This document shows positions 18,759 through 30,933 of a stretch of 64,000 nt of DNA, one piece after another. Source of the DNA: a bacterium (GTDB lineage Bacteria; UBA8248; JACPRG01; G963555815). Below the pieces are notes generated by a model, which searched no databases, was not told the origin of the DNA, and saw nothing but the letters and a program-made list of their open reading frames with translations. The stretch covers positions 704,001-768,000 of the forward strand of contig CAUVWX020000001.1 of NCBI GenBank assembly GCA_963555815.3, read 5' to 3'. Within the stretch, counting starts at the first letter, position 1; each line of letters begins with the position of its first letter. The position numbers and the translations under genes are program-made.

Positions 18759-20847
18759 ATGCAGATATCTCTACGGGCTTGAAGCATACCGATGGTTTTT
18801 TTGCTCTTCTTGGCTGCTTGTGCCGGACAGCGGGGCACCACCACTGTGGACGTAGGCGGGCACGAGGTGTCCTGTGTGGAGCCTCCAGCTGAGGCGAGGC
18901 GGACCCTAAAGCTCAGCGCCAACGTGGAAGGAATCGCGGGGATCGCCGGGGCTGGAGGCTCCATCGAAACCAAATGGCAGCGGATTCGAGGGGTTTCGCC
19001 AAGGGGGGCAGACTTCGACGTTATCTCCTACCAGCCCTGCTTGGCTTACGCACAGGGTCTTCTCTTTCAGGATGCTTATGAGCAGATGCTCTACGGCGCT
19101 GCCCAGCCTGCAGGCGAGGACGGCGGTTCCTTTCGAAAGAAATGGGTCCTGACGGGGAACGTCTTTGTGGAAGGGAAAACGGGCCAGGCGGTTGAGGGTG
19201 CCGAGATAGAGCTCACACTGGAACCTCTTCGGTTTACCGCCACGGGCGCAGACGGGGCCTTCTGCGTCACCATGCTGGGACGGGACGAGGGACGCACGGC
19301 CTCGTTGCGTGTCCGAAAAGATGGTTTTGAACTTTACACGAGGAGTTCTATTCGGCTGACGCCGACCTTGGGGGCCCTGGACATTCCGCTTGTGCCTGTC
19401 CTCCCCACCTTCTTCTGTTGAGGGGCGGATCTATGACCCCGCCGATCCGGACCGAGGGGTCGAAGGGGCAGAGGTCGCGGTGGAGACCCGTCCGAGGGTC
19501 GTGGTTCGCTCCCTCTTGGAGGGCCGGTTCCGGGTGGAAATCCCCAGCGAAGCCGAGAATGAACCCCTGACCCTTCAGGTGAGGAAAGGGGGTTTTAACA
19601 CCTTCAAACAGGATTTCCGTTTCGAGCGCAAGATGGCTCCGATAGATATCGCCCTCGTCCGCGAGGCCTTCGTCTTCCGGGGCGTCATCGTGGCCGGCGA
19701 CCAGCAGGGACAGCCGGTGGAGGGGGCCCAGGTGACCCTATCGCTGGATCCCCCCGTTCGGGTCCGCACCAAGAGCGACGGGGGCTTTCTCTTCAAAATT
19801 CCCCAGGAGTATAACGACCAGTTTCGCTCTCTCCGGGTGGAGAAAGAGGGCTATGAGATCGCTATGGGGGATTTCCGGTTGCAGCAAGAGGGCCAGCAGA
19901 TCGAGGTCACCCTGGAGCGGGAACAGGCATACGGCCTCTACGAAGATGGGTTGAGCTTCATGAAGGAGGGGAAATTTCGCGCGGCCGCCGAGGCCTTCGC
20001 CGACGCCAACCATCAGTGGGGCCGTGCCCTGGAAGAGCAAGACTCCTTTGACCAGGCGGTCGAGAAGTACAGGCGGGCCACCGAGCTGGACTCCAACCGT
20101 TCCGATTACGAGCTCGCCCTCGCTCAAACCCTTCGAGCGCTGCAGAATCTGCAAGAGGCCACTGCACACTACGAGCGCGCACTGGAGATCAAGCCCGATC
20201 TCTTTGAAGCCTGCAAGCAACTGGCCGATGTCCTTTTTGACCGGGGGGCACAGTCGAACGACACGGCACTGGTGGAAAGAGCCATCGAGACCCGTCAGCG
20301 GTGTCAGGCCCTCGAGGAACAAGGCTTTGCACCCTCCGGGGAAGAAAGCCCCGTGCCCTTCAGGGCTCAAAAAGAAGACCCCTTCCAGGTGGCCGGGATT
20401 GTCCCCTCTCCAGAGTCCAATTCCCTGGGCGTTCTAAAGACGCTGGAAGGCCAGGTGGTCCCCTTGGAGGCGTTTCGGGGGAGGGTGGTCCTTTTGACTT
20501 TCTGGGCCACCTGGTGCGGCCCCTGCCGAGAGCAGATGGCCTTGCTGGAGAGTCTCTACCGTCAGTTCGAGGGAGAAGATTTCACCGTCCTCGCCGTCTC
20601 CATCGGCGCTGAGGGCCCTGGGCCCGTCAGGGGCTTTGCAGAAGAGTTGAATTTCACCTTTCCCATCTTCCACGATTCCCAGAAGGAACTGGCCTCCCAG
20701 TTCGGCGTAGCGAGCTTGCCGACCACGCACCTCATCGACCGCGAGGGGAGAGTCCTCGGGCATGTTACCGGACGCCGCGAGTGGGACACGGGGTCGATGC
20801 GAGCCCTCTTGAAGTCTCTCCTCGACGAGGGAAGGGGGGATGGGTAG
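18759..20847 (+). pseudogene. lipoprotein with carboxypeptidase-regulatory-like domains + TPR + TlpA/ResA thioredoxin domain; disrupted
   Basis: RBS + ATG 18759, in-frame TGA at 18780 inside the signal peptide, lipobox LAAC, frameshift near 19415 (PTFFC* vs SVEGRIYD); C-terminal FWATWCGPC. The 19390-20847 part is open. Confidence 0.75.
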
Positions 20848-20868
20848 AATCCCTGTTTCAGCATCAAA

Positions 20869-21960
20869 ATGATGGACAGCCGGTTGAGGGCAGTGGGTGT
20901 GGATAGCTTGTCCTATCAGCTTACTGAGCGCCATCAGCGGGTCCTCATGGCGGTTATCCGCAGTTTTGTGGAGGGGGCCGAGCCTGTAGGTTCGCGTACG
21001 CTCTCCCGGAGCCATCTGCGGGAGCTGAGCCCGGCCACCATCCGAAATGTTATGGCGGACCTCGAAGAAATGGGGTACCTCGATCAACCCCACCATTCTG
21101 CAGGCCGGGTTTCCACGGAAAAGGCCTATCGTCTTTACGTGAACAGCTTGGGGCCTCTCCCCGTGGTCTCCAGGGCGGACACGGATTGGATTCGGAAGGG
21201 ATATCCTAAGCGCGTCCGCTCTGTGGGTGAGCTAATGGACTCCACCTCCAAGGTCCTTTCGACCATGACCCGGCAGGCCAGTCTCGTATTTCTCTCCAAT
21301 TTGTCCAAGACCGTCTTCAAACAGGTTCGGTTCATCAAGCGACATCCCTTTCGGGCTCTCGTGGTCTTGGTGTCTCAGGGGGGGTTGGTGGAGCACAAGG
21401 CCATCCAGCTGGATGAGGATCTCTCCCAGGACTACTTGGACAAGGTGGCCACCTATCTCAACGAAGAGTACTCCGGGATGAGCCTCCGGCAGGTCCGCCA
21501 GAAGATCTATCTCAGGATGGAAGAGCAGAAGAGACAGTTCGACGTACTCTACCGCGAGGCCTTGAAACTCAGTCAGAAGGCTTTTCTCGAGGACGAGGGG
21601 GAAGAAGAGGACACCATCTACCTCGGAGGGGCCTACCATATCCTCACTCAGCCCGAATTCAAGGCCGACGTCGGCAAGATGAGGGCCCTCTTTGAAACCT
21701 TCGAGGAGAAGAGCAGGCTCATGGCTATCCTGGACAAGTGCCTGGCCTCCAGAGGGATGACGGTCTTCATCGGATCGGAAAACGAGATTGCGTCGATGGA
21801 GGATTGCGCCCTCATTGCACGGACCTACGGGGATGAGGAAGCCCTCCTGGGAACCCTTGGGGTCGTGGGGCCAAAGCGCATGGAGTACCCCCGGATCATG
21901 GCCTTGGTGGATCACACGGCCCGGACCCTCAGCCACCTCCTCGCCGTAAGCGCCTTTTAG
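20869..21960 (+). CDS. hrcA: heat-inducible transcription repressor
   Basis: EPVGSRTL, SPATIRNVMADLEEMGYLDQPHHSAGR, GVVGPKRMEY. Confidence 0.96.
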   Translation: MMDSRLRAVGVDSLSYQLTERHQRVLMAVIRSFVEGAEPVGSRTLSRSHLRELSPATIRNVMADLEEMGYLDQPHHSAGRVSTEKAYRLYVNSLGPLPVVSRADTDWIRKGYPKRVRSVGELMDSTSKVLSTMTRQASLVFLSNLSKTVFKQVRFIKRHPFRALVVLVSQGGLVEHKAIQLDEDLSQDYLDKVATYLNEEYSGMSLRQVRQKIYLRMEEQKRQFDVLYREALKLSQKAFLEDEGEEEDTIYLGGAYHILTQPEFKADVGKMRALFETFEEKSRLMAILDKCLASRGMTVFIGSENEIASMEDCALIARTYGDEEALLGTLGVVGPKRMEYPRIMALVDHTARTLSHLLAVSAF

Positions 21961-22032
21961 AGATCTCGCTGAAGAATCAACTGAAGAGATCCTCCTTTCA
22001 GGTCGAAGAGCGCGTCTTCGTAGGAGTTCCCC

Positions 22033-22701
22033 ATGAAGTCAGAGGATCAGGGACAAGAGGAGAATCCCCTCCCAAAAATCTCGGGCAGGTCCGTCTCTGA
22101 GCCACATGAGACCGCGCCGGGCGAGACAGAACCTGCTCCTGCTGACCCCGCCCTGGCTCTTGAGGCCAAGACTAAAGAGGTCGAGGCCCTCCAAGAGCAA
22201 CTCCTTCGCCTTCGGGCCGATTTCGACAATTTCAGGAAGCGCGGGACCCGAGAGAGGGAAGAACAGCGCCTTTCCACCGCAGAGCAGCTCATTCGGGTGA
22301 TCCTTCCCACTCTGGACAACCTGGAAAGGGCCGTCGAGGCGTTTTCTGATTCCGAGCCCTCGGCCATGCGGGAGGGGCTCGAGCTCATCCTGAAGGGTCT
22401 TCGAGAGGCCCTCGAGCGTGAAGGTCTTGCCGTCATCCCGGCCCTCCACCATCCCTTTGACCCCTCCCGCCATGAGGCGGTCCGGGTTATTGAGACGGGG
22501 GACCATCCTGAGGGCCTGGTCCTCGAGGAGGCCCAAAGGGGGTATTGTCTGAAGGACCGAGTCGTCCGGCCCGCCCGAGTGGTCGTGGCCAAAAACCCCC
22601 AACAGGAAGGAAGAGACATCCGGCTTTGGCTCTCTTTGCTGGGAGTCCCGCACACAAAAAGCAAGGGCATCAGAGGTTCTTCATTCTCCGGTGCCGGGTG
22701 A
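22033..22701 (+). CDS. grpE: nucleotide exchange factor GrpE
   Basis: LRLRADFDNFRKR, FDPSRHEAV, QRGY..KDRVVRPARVVV. Confidence 0.93.
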   Translation: MKSEDQGQEENPLPKISGRSVSEPHETAPGETEPAPADPALALEAKTKEVEALQEQLLRLRADFDNFRKRGTREREEQRLSTAEQLIRVILPTLDNLERAVEAFSDSEPSAMREGLELILKGLREALEREGLAVIPALHHPFDPSRHEAVRVIETGDHPEGLVLEEAQRGYCLKDRVVRPARVVVAKNPQQEGRDIRLWLSLLGVPHTKSKGIRGSSFSGAG

Positions 22702-22744
22702 GAAGACTTCGGGCGGGCGGGACTGGCTCCGAGGAGATCGCCGA

Positions 22745-24007
22745 GTGAAAGTCCTCGTCATCGGGGGTGGGGGAAGAGAGCACGCCCTCGTGTGGAAGAT
22801 CCGCCAGAGCCCCCTCGTGGATGAGGTTTTCGTCGCGCCCGGAAACGCGGGCACCGCCGCCGTGGGGCGCAATCTGGAGATCTCGGCCGGGGACATCGAG
22901 GGCCTCCTTGATTTTGCCCGCGCCGAAGGGATAGGGCTCACCGTTGTTGGGCCTGAGGCCCCCCTCATGGAGGGGGTGGTGGACCGCTTTCAGGCCGAGG
23001 GGCTCCTCATCTTTGGGCCGAAACGGGAGCCAGCCCAAATCGAGGGCTCGAAAAGCTTCGCAAAGTCCCTGATGGGCCGGGCCGGGGTCCCAACGGCCGG
23101 GCACCAGGTTTTTTCCAAAATGGAAGAGGCCCTCGCGTATGTCAGGGGACTCCCCCCGGGAGGGCTCGTCGTCAAAGCCGACGGCCTCGCCGCGGGAAAG
23201 GGCGTCATGGTGTGTTCGTCCACAGAGGAAGCCGGAGAGGCGCTTCGAAGACTCATGGAAGAGAGAAGTCTTGAGGCCGCTTGCCAAAAAGTTGTCGTCG
23301 AAGAACGTCTCTTTGGGAAAGAGCTTTCCGTCTTCTCCTTCTGTGACGGGGCGAGGGTGGTCTTGCTGGGTTCCGCGCAGGATTACAAACCCATCGGCGA
23401 TGGGGACACAGGACCTAACACGGGCGGCATGGGGGCGTATTCTCCCGTACCCTGGGTGGGGGGTGAACTTGTGGAAGAGATCGTCTCGACCCGTCACCGA
23501 CCGGTGGCCCAGGCCCTTTCTGAACAGGAGACCCCTTATCAGGGGATGCTCTACGGGGGGTTCATGATCACCGAAGAGGGCCCGAAGGTCCTTGAGTTCA
23601 ACGCCCGGTTTGGAGACCCGGAGACTCAGCCCCTCCTCCTTCGCCTCGAGGAAGATCTTTTGCCCTGGCTTCTGACAACCGCCGAGGGGAGGCTGGAGGA
23701 GCGAAAAATCCGTCTCAGGAAGGAGGCCGCCGTCTGCGTCGTCATGGCCTCCCAGGGATACCCGGGGAAATATGAGACGGGAAAAGAGATCTCGGGTCTT
23801 GATGAAATTGCAGAGAGGGAGGACGTGGTCGTCTTTCACGCCGGGACTGTCCAGAAGGGTGATCGAGTGCTGACGGCGGGAGGCCGGGTCTTGGGGGTGA
23901 CCGCACTTGGGAAGGACCTTTCGTCGGCCCGCTCCCTTGCCTATGAGGCGGTCTCAAAGATCTCTTTTGAAGGGGCCTACGTCCGCAAGGATATCGGGAA
24001 GTTGTAG
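22745..24007 (+). CDS. purD: phosphoribosylamine-glycine ligase
   Basis: VLVIGGGGREHAL, VKADGLAAGKGV, GPNTGGMGAYSP, EFNARFGDPE. Confidence 0.97.
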   Translation: MKVLVIGGGGREHALVWKIRQSPLVDEVFVAPGNAGTAAVGRNLEISAGDIEGLLDFARAEGIGLTVVGPEAPLMEGVVDRFQAEGLLIFGPKREPAQIEGSKSFAKSLMGRAGVPTAGHQVFSKMEEALAYVRGLPPGGLVVKADGLAAGKGVMVCSSTEEAGEALRRLMEERSLEAACQKVVVEERLFGKELSVFSFCDGARVVLLGSAQDYKPIGDGDTGPNTGGMGAYSPVPWVGGELVEEIVSTRHRPVAQALSEQETPYQGMLYGGFMITEEGPKVLEFNARFGDPETQPLLLRLEEDLLPWLLTTAEGRLEERKIRLRKEAAVCVVMASQGYPGKYETGKEISGLDEIAEREDVVVFHAGTVQKGDRVLTAGGRVLGVTALGKDLSSARSLAYEAVSKISFEGAYVRKDIGKL

Positions 24008-24051
24008 CGGGGTGAAAGTGGGTCTTGGGATGGTGAGCGCGAGGCCCCGGA

Positions 24052-24468
24052 GTGAGTGACCACCATAAGAGCGCAAGGTTGTCCGCTAGGCTCTGGGAAG
24101 AATCTCTAGAGCGTCTGGGATATCTTGTCGCCCAAGGCGATTTTCAAGAAGCCGAGACCCTGGCCCTTCGCCTCAAGGAGGAGAGAGAGAAAGAAAACCT
24201 CTGGCCTCCGGCCGCCCTCGACGGGCTTCCCCTCTACGTCTTTGAGCCAGCTGACGGCGGGGAGGGGAATCTCAAGCTGGGGAAGTGGGTGGACGCCCTA
24301 AATCGCCTCATGCACAAGACCGTCGAGGGGGAATTTCAAGAGGTGGCCCGCGTTGCGGGCGTGATGAAGGGCTACGCTGACGCCTACACGTCTCTCGTGA
24401 AGCCCAAGAAAACACTTGCCGAAAAGCTCCCCGGCCTCACCTGCCGTCTCTCCCCACGGTCGTCCTAA
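24052..24468 (+). CDS. hypothetical protein
   Basis: 138 aa ORF following purD, genome-like codon usage. Confidence 0.6.
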   Translation: MSDHHKSARLSARLWEESLERLGYLVAQGDFQEAETLALRLKEEREKENLWPPAALDGLPLYVFEPADGGEGNLKLGKWVDALNRLMHKTVEGEFQEVARVAGVMKGYADAYTSLVKPKKTLAEKLPGLTCRLSPRSS

Positions 24469-24603
24469 ATCAAGGGCCCTTTGGCCCCCAAAAGGCCAGA
24501 TTTTCAGCCTCGACGCGGGTTTTTTCGACTCTTCCTCAAATGGAAAGCGCCCTTAAAAAATAAAAGACTCTCCCTGCCGGGCCTTTCTGCTGCCGGAGGG
24601 TCC

Positions 24604-25392
24604 TCAGAGATCATAGGGGACCATCTCCCGGCCGATCTCCACCCCGGGCCCAAAGGTCTTTTGGGCGTCCTGAAGGAGGGACTTCTCCTCATCCGGCGTC
24701 TTGGCTGCGATGTGAACCAGGATAAGCCGTTTCGCCCTTGCTTGGGCCGCAAGCTCTCCCGCTTCCTCCCCCGACGAGTGGCCCCGAAGGTCCTCGCCCG
24801 GGGCCCGGGTCGCCTCCATTACCAGGGTGTCTGCCTCAAGGGCGAGCCGCACCAAACTCTCGCACGGCGCGGTATCAGATGAGTAGGCGAGGGAACGGCC
24901 AGAGGAGTCCTCAAACCGAAGGGCGGTAACCTCCGCGTCCCCATGAGAGACCGGCGAGACAGTGACTCGATAGGTTTCTGCCTCCACCGCCAGGTGCCTC
25001 TCCCGAAGGTCCAGTTCTTCTATTCGAAGCTCGAAGGGGAGTTTTTTCTCCTTTCGAAAATCGAAAAGACGGGCAAGCTCCTCCAAGAGGGTGCAGCTCT
25101 CAGGAGGAGCCAGGACCCAGAGGCGCTCCTGTCGCGTGGGCCGGTACGTCGAAAGGGAGTGGAGAAGGGAGGGAAACCCATAGGTGTGGTCCACGTGGGC
25201 GTGGGTCACGATCACCCGCTTGAGGTCCACGGGGTCCAGTCCGAGGCGGAGGATTTTCTGTATGGGGCTGGCTGAGCAGTCGATGAGCGTGAGCTCTCCC
25301 CCCAGGCGGACCAGGAGAGAGGTGTTGTCCCGCTTCGCCATAGGCCGGGCGGAGGAGGTGCCAAGAAGGAAAAACTGAGTCCTGTCCGCCAA
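24604..25392 (-). CDS. RNase Z-like metallo-beta-lactamase hydrolase
   Basis: LLGTSS, THAHVDH, YSSDT, MEAT, GHSS, LILVH. Confidence 0.85.
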   Translation of the reverse strand: MADRTQFFLLGTSSARPMAKRDNTSLLVRLGGELTLIDCSASPIQKILRLGLDPVDLKRVIVTHAHVDHTYGFPSLLHSLSTYRPTRQERLWVLAPPESCTLLEELARLFDFRKEKKLPFELRIEELDLRERHLAVEAETYRVTVSPVSHGDAEVTALRFEDSSGRSLAYSSDTAPCESLVRLALEADTLVMEATRAPGEDLRGHSSGEEAGELAAQARAKRLILVHIAAKTPDEEKSLLQDAQKTFGPGVEIGREMVPYDL

Positions 25393-25570
25393 AGTTCCCT
25401 CGTGAGAAGCAAAGGGGGGATGAGTCAGGAAACGTGGGGAGCCTGAAAGCTATCAGGAGAGGTGGGGCCTGTCAACGCTCCAGGGCCCCGCGGAGCCTAG
25501 AAACCTTTTTGTCATAATTTTATCACAGATACATGGCTTTTTGACTTATTTTGGCGGATTTTAGATTGGA

Positions 25571-25597
25571 CTAGCAAGCTGAGCCGTAGAGTGCTAA
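25571..25597 (+). promoter_or_regulatory. CIRCE element (HrcA operator) upstream of groES
   Basis: CTAGCAAGC-N9-GAGTGCTAA versus consensus TTAGCACTC-N9-GAGTGCTAA; right arm perfect; hrcA in window. Confidence 0.8.
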
Positions 25598-25698
25598 TAT
25601 GGCAAATAAGCTTATGTATCAGTTGTGGGGCGCCGAGTCCTTGACGGGACACAGCGCCCCTAAAATGTTGGTTCAGCAAGGTTCACCCGTCTAGGAGG

Positions 25699-27632
<1,934 letters not shown>

Positions 27633-27653
27633 GGTAGGGTCCTTCAATTTGAG

Positions 27654-27689
27654 GCCCGCGCCCCCGTATGGGGTGCGGGCTTTTTTTTT
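27654..27689 (+). terminator. intrinsic terminator after groEL
   Basis: GCCCGCGCCCC-loop-GGGGTGCGGGC-T9. Confidence 0.9.
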
Positions 27690-27852
27690 GCGAACATAAC
27701 AGGGTGGAAGTGCGGTGAGAAGGGGACGCTTCATTCATGGGCGAGAGGCGACACGCAGGAGATTGACGGCAATTTGAACAGGGGGGCGATTGGGTCTATA
27801 TTCTATATAGTAAAGGGGTTAGCACACTGTCTTTTCGGTAAGAAGGGGCACC

Positions 27853-28887
27853 ATGAGAAGTTGGACTCTTTATCTCTCCATGCTTATCTCGGTCCTCCTT
27901 CACGGGCTTGTGCCGGTTTTTTTGCTCGTCCTCGCGAAAGTCACCTTTGAGCGCGAACTCCCGGAGGAACGAAGGCCCATTCAGGTCCGGGTCCTCGTGC
28001 CAGACGTGGCAGAGGGGGCCCTTCACGAGGCGGGGCTCTCTGGATTGACCTCCAGAAAGACCCCGGAGACCCCCACCCTGGTCCGCGAGGACAAGACGGC
28101 TCCGGAGGAAAGGAGCACCCCCCCTGTCCTGACGCCCTCGGCCGAGGACTCCATCGAGAGAGAGCAACCCCTTGAACCGGCCCCTCCGGCCATTGCCCTG
28201 CTGGATGTGGAGGTCCCAGATGAAGAGAGAGCACCTCCCGTCCTGACACCCCTGGCCGAGGACCCCGTGGCCAGGGTGTTGCCCGAGGCGGTCCCACCTC
28301 CGGCCCTCGTACCCATAGAGCCTGACGAAAAGCCCAGAGAAGTTTCCCCTCCCTTGGAAGCCCCAGAGGACCAAGAACTCTCCTCATTCGAGGTGCCGCC
28401 GACCCCTTCCGAGGCCTCCCTGTCCAGCGAGGTCACCCCCCCTCGGAGTCTCGCGGAGCTCTCCACCAAGGAGATCATTGAAAGGTACGCCACAGAGGAG
28501 CCCCCCTCTCGCGAGGAGCCTGAGGAAAGCCAGCCAGATCTGGCCTCAATAGGCAAGGGGGAAGTGGAGGATCTCTCCCTGGACACTCCAGACCCTCTCT
28601 TTCAGACCTACTTCGCGAAAATTCGCCTCAAGATTCAGCGAGAGCTTCACTATCCTTCTGAGGCGGAGAGGCAGCAGATTCAGGGACAATCCCTGGTCCG
28701 GTTCGTCCTCGTGGCGAGCGGAGATGTGGCGAAACTCAGGGTCCTGGATCCCTCAGGCCACCCCATTCTGGATGAAGCCAGTATCTCCGCCATTCGCAAC
28801 GCCTCTCCCTTTGGGCCCTTCCCGGACAACATCCGCGCGAAATGGCGCCAGCTGCCCATCAGGGCTAAATTTAGATTCGGGCAATAA
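27853..28887 (+). CDS. TonB-family protein
   Basis: N-terminal TM with SVLLH, Pro/Glu-rich linker, YPSEA..QG..VRF...SGHPILDEA C-terminal domain. Confidence 0.85.
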   Translation: MRSWTLYLSMLISVLLHGLVPVFLLVLAKVTFERELPEERRPIQVRVLVPDVAEGALHEAGLSGLTSRKTPETPTLVREDKTAPEERSTPPVLTPSAEDSIEREQPLEPAPPAIALLDVEVPDEERAPPVLTPLAEDPVARVLPEAVPPPALVPIEPDEKPREVSPPLEAPEDQELSSFEVPPTPSEASLSSEVTPPRSLAELSTKEIIERYATEEPPSREEPEESQPDLASIGKGEVEDLSLDTPDPLFQTYFAKIRLKIQRELHYPSEAERQQIQGQSLVRFVLVASGDVAKLRVLDPSGHPILDEASISAIRNASPFGPFPDNIRAKWRQLPIRAKFRFGQ

Positions 28888-28900
28888 AACACTCTTGTCC

Positions 28901-29320
28901 GTGAACCGGTTTTCCATTGTGCCCACGACGGCCGATCTTGCCATTGAGGCCTTCGGAGGGACGCTGAAGGAGCTTTTCGCCCAGCTCGGCCTTGGCCTCT
29001 TCAGCATCATGTGCGACCTGGAGACTGTGCGGCCCAGGGAGACACTGGAGGTAGCGGTCGAGGCCCCGAGCCGGGAAGCCCTCCTCGTTAACTGGGTGAA
29101 CGAGCTCATTTATCTCCACGAGGTGAATCAGTTTTTCGCTTGCAAGGTTCGGGTGGGTCAGATGACGGACAAGGAGATTAAAGCGGAGCTTCTGGGGGAA
29201 AAGGTGGACCCAGAGCGCCATGCTCTTCTCACCGAGGTCAAGGCCGCGACCTACCACGAGCTGACCCTCGAGCAGGTGGCGTCGCAAGGCTGGCGGGCCT
29301 ACGTCCTGGTGGACATCTAG
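28901..29320 (+). CDS. archease
   Basis: TTADLAIEAFG, LLVNWVNELIY, EVKAATYH, VLVDI. Confidence 0.92.
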   Translation: MNRFSIVPTTADLAIEAFGGTLKELFAQLGLGLFSIMCDLETVRPRETLEVAVEAPSREALLVNWVNELIYLHEVNQFFACKVRVGQMTDKEIKAELLGEKVDPERHALLTEVKAATYHELTLEQVASQGWRAYVLVDI

Positions 29321-29333
29321 GGGAAAGGAAGGA

Positions 29334-30782
29334 ATGGAAGTCCCCATCGTCAAGTTGGACGATTATCGCTACGAGATCCCCAAGAGTTATAAGCCGGAGA
29401 TGAGGGTCCCGGGGCGGGTCTACGCCAACGAGAAGATGCTCAAAGACATCTTGAAGGACCGGTGTCTGGAGCAGGTCGCCAATGGGGCAACGTTGCCGGG
29501 GATCGTCGAGGCCTCTATTGCCATGCCGGACATCCACTTCGGCTATGGGCTCCCCATTGGAGGGGTGGTGGCGACCGATGTGGGCGAGGGGGGGGTCGTG
29601 AGCCCCGGAGGGGTCGGCTTTGACATCAACTGTGGGGTCAGGCTCCTTCGAACTCATCTTCACGTGGACGACGTGGGGAAACGCCTAAGAGACCTTGTGC
29701 AGGCCCTCTATCACGGGGTCCCGGCAGGGGTGGGCTCTAGACGCGACCTGAGTCTTGGCCCGGCTGACATGGCCGGCGTCCTCACGAAAGGGGCGAAGTG
29801 GGCCGTTGAGCAGGGCTATGGAAGCTCAGCGGATCTTCCCCACATCGAGTCTGAGGGGGCCCTCCCAGGTGCGGATCCCGATCAGGTGAGCCAAAAAGCC
29901 CTTGAGCGCGGCCGGCGCCAGGTGGGGACCCTCGGGTCCGGAAATCACTTCCTGGAGATCCAGATGGTCGATACCGTCTATGACGATCGGATAGGAGACG
30001 CCTTCGGCCTCTTCCCGGGGGAGATCGTCGTCATGATCCACACGGGCTCAAGGGGTTTTGGACACCAGGTGTGCACGGACCATCTGGCCCTCATGGAGAG
30101 GGTCATGACGAAGTACGACATCCGGCTCCCTGACCGCCAGCTCGCCTGCGCGCCTCTCAGCTCCCAGGAAGGGCAGAGTTACCTGGGGGCCATGCGGGCT
30201 GCCGCCAACTTCGCCTTTGCAAACCGACAGTGCATCCGGGGGGCGATTGAGAAGGCCTTCCTTAAGACCCTCCAAATTTCTCCCCGGGACCTTGGAATGA
30301 TCACCCTCTATGACGTGGCCCACAACATCGTCAAGGAGGAAGAGCACCAGGTGGGCGGAAAGCCCCGCCGTCTTGCCGTTCACCGTAAGGGGGCGACCCG
30401 GGCCTTTCCCCCGGGACATGGCGAGATCCCGGAGGACTACCGCGCGGTGGGCCAGCCCGTCCTCATCCCCGGCGATATGGGGCGCTACTCCTTCGTCCTG
30501 GCGGGGACGGCGGGCTCGATGGCCGAGTGTTTTGGGAGCACGTGCCACGGGGCCGGAAGGAGGCTGAGCCGCCACGCCGCGAGGAAGGCCGCCAGGGGAA
30601 GAAATCTGCACCGGGAGATGGAGGACCGGGGGGTCATCGTGATGGCCTCGGGGCGGGCGACCGTGGCGGAAGAGATGCCCGAGGCCTACAAAGATGTGGC
30701 CGACGTGGTGGACGTGGTGGACCGGGCCGGGATTGCGGCCAAAGTGGCCCGCCTTCGGCCCATCGGATGTGTAAAGGGGTGA
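29334..30782 (+). CDS. rtcB: RNA ligase RtcB (archaeal/eukaryal-type)
   Basis: MPDIHFGYG, GFDINCGVR, GSGNHFLE, HTGSRG, YDVAHN, HRKGAT, CHGAGR, EEMPEAYK. Confidence 0.97.
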   Translation: MEVPIVKLDDYRYEIPKSYKPEMRVPGRVYANEKMLKDILKDRCLEQVANGATLPGIVEASIAMPDIHFGYGLPIGGVVATDVGEGGVVSPGGVGFDINCGVRLLRTHLHVDDVGKRLRDLVQALYHGVPAGVGSRRDLSLGPADMAGVLTKGAKWAVEQGYGSSADLPHIESEGALPGADPDQVSQKALERGRRQVGTLGSGNHFLEIQMVDTVYDDRIGDAFGLFPGEIVVMIHTGSRGFGHQVCTDHLALMERVMTKYDIRLPDRQLACAPLSSQEGQSYLGAMRAAANFAFANRQCIRGAIEKAFLKTLQISPRDLGMITLYDVAHNIVKEEEHQVGGKPRRLAVHRKGATRAFPPGHGEIPEDYRAVGQPVLIPGDMGRYSFVLAGTAGSMAECFGSTCHGAGRRLSRHAARKAARGRNLHREMEDRGVIVMASGRATVAEEMPEAYKDVADVVDVVDRAGIAAKVARLRPIGCVKG

Positions 30783-30822
30783 GTTTTCTGGCCTTTATGA
30801 AAGATTGAGTACTAGTGTTGGG

Positions 30823-30851
30823 TGAATCTTTTTGAAAAAAGGAGGGTCTAA
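30823..30851 (+). promoter_or_regulatory. ECF-sigma-type promoter upstream of MerT-like selenoprotein
   Basis: TGAATC-N17-GTCTAA, same motif and spacing as at 42667, 55858, 57863. Confidence 0.65.
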
Positions 30852-30933
30852 TATAATGGGAGACTCTTCAGAAGTTGGCTCCTCTGGAACTGAGTTATCA
30901 AAGGGCAGCTAGCCCTTATAGAGAAAGAATTCA

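Noticed and set aside
18780..18782. In-frame TGA as Sec
   Set aside because: Lies in a signal peptide with no Cys context or SECIS, and the gene is also frameshifted; likely TGG>TGA
27819..27845. Second CIRCE upstream of the TonB gene
   Set aside because: Only a left-arm-like TTAGCACAC, with no right arm
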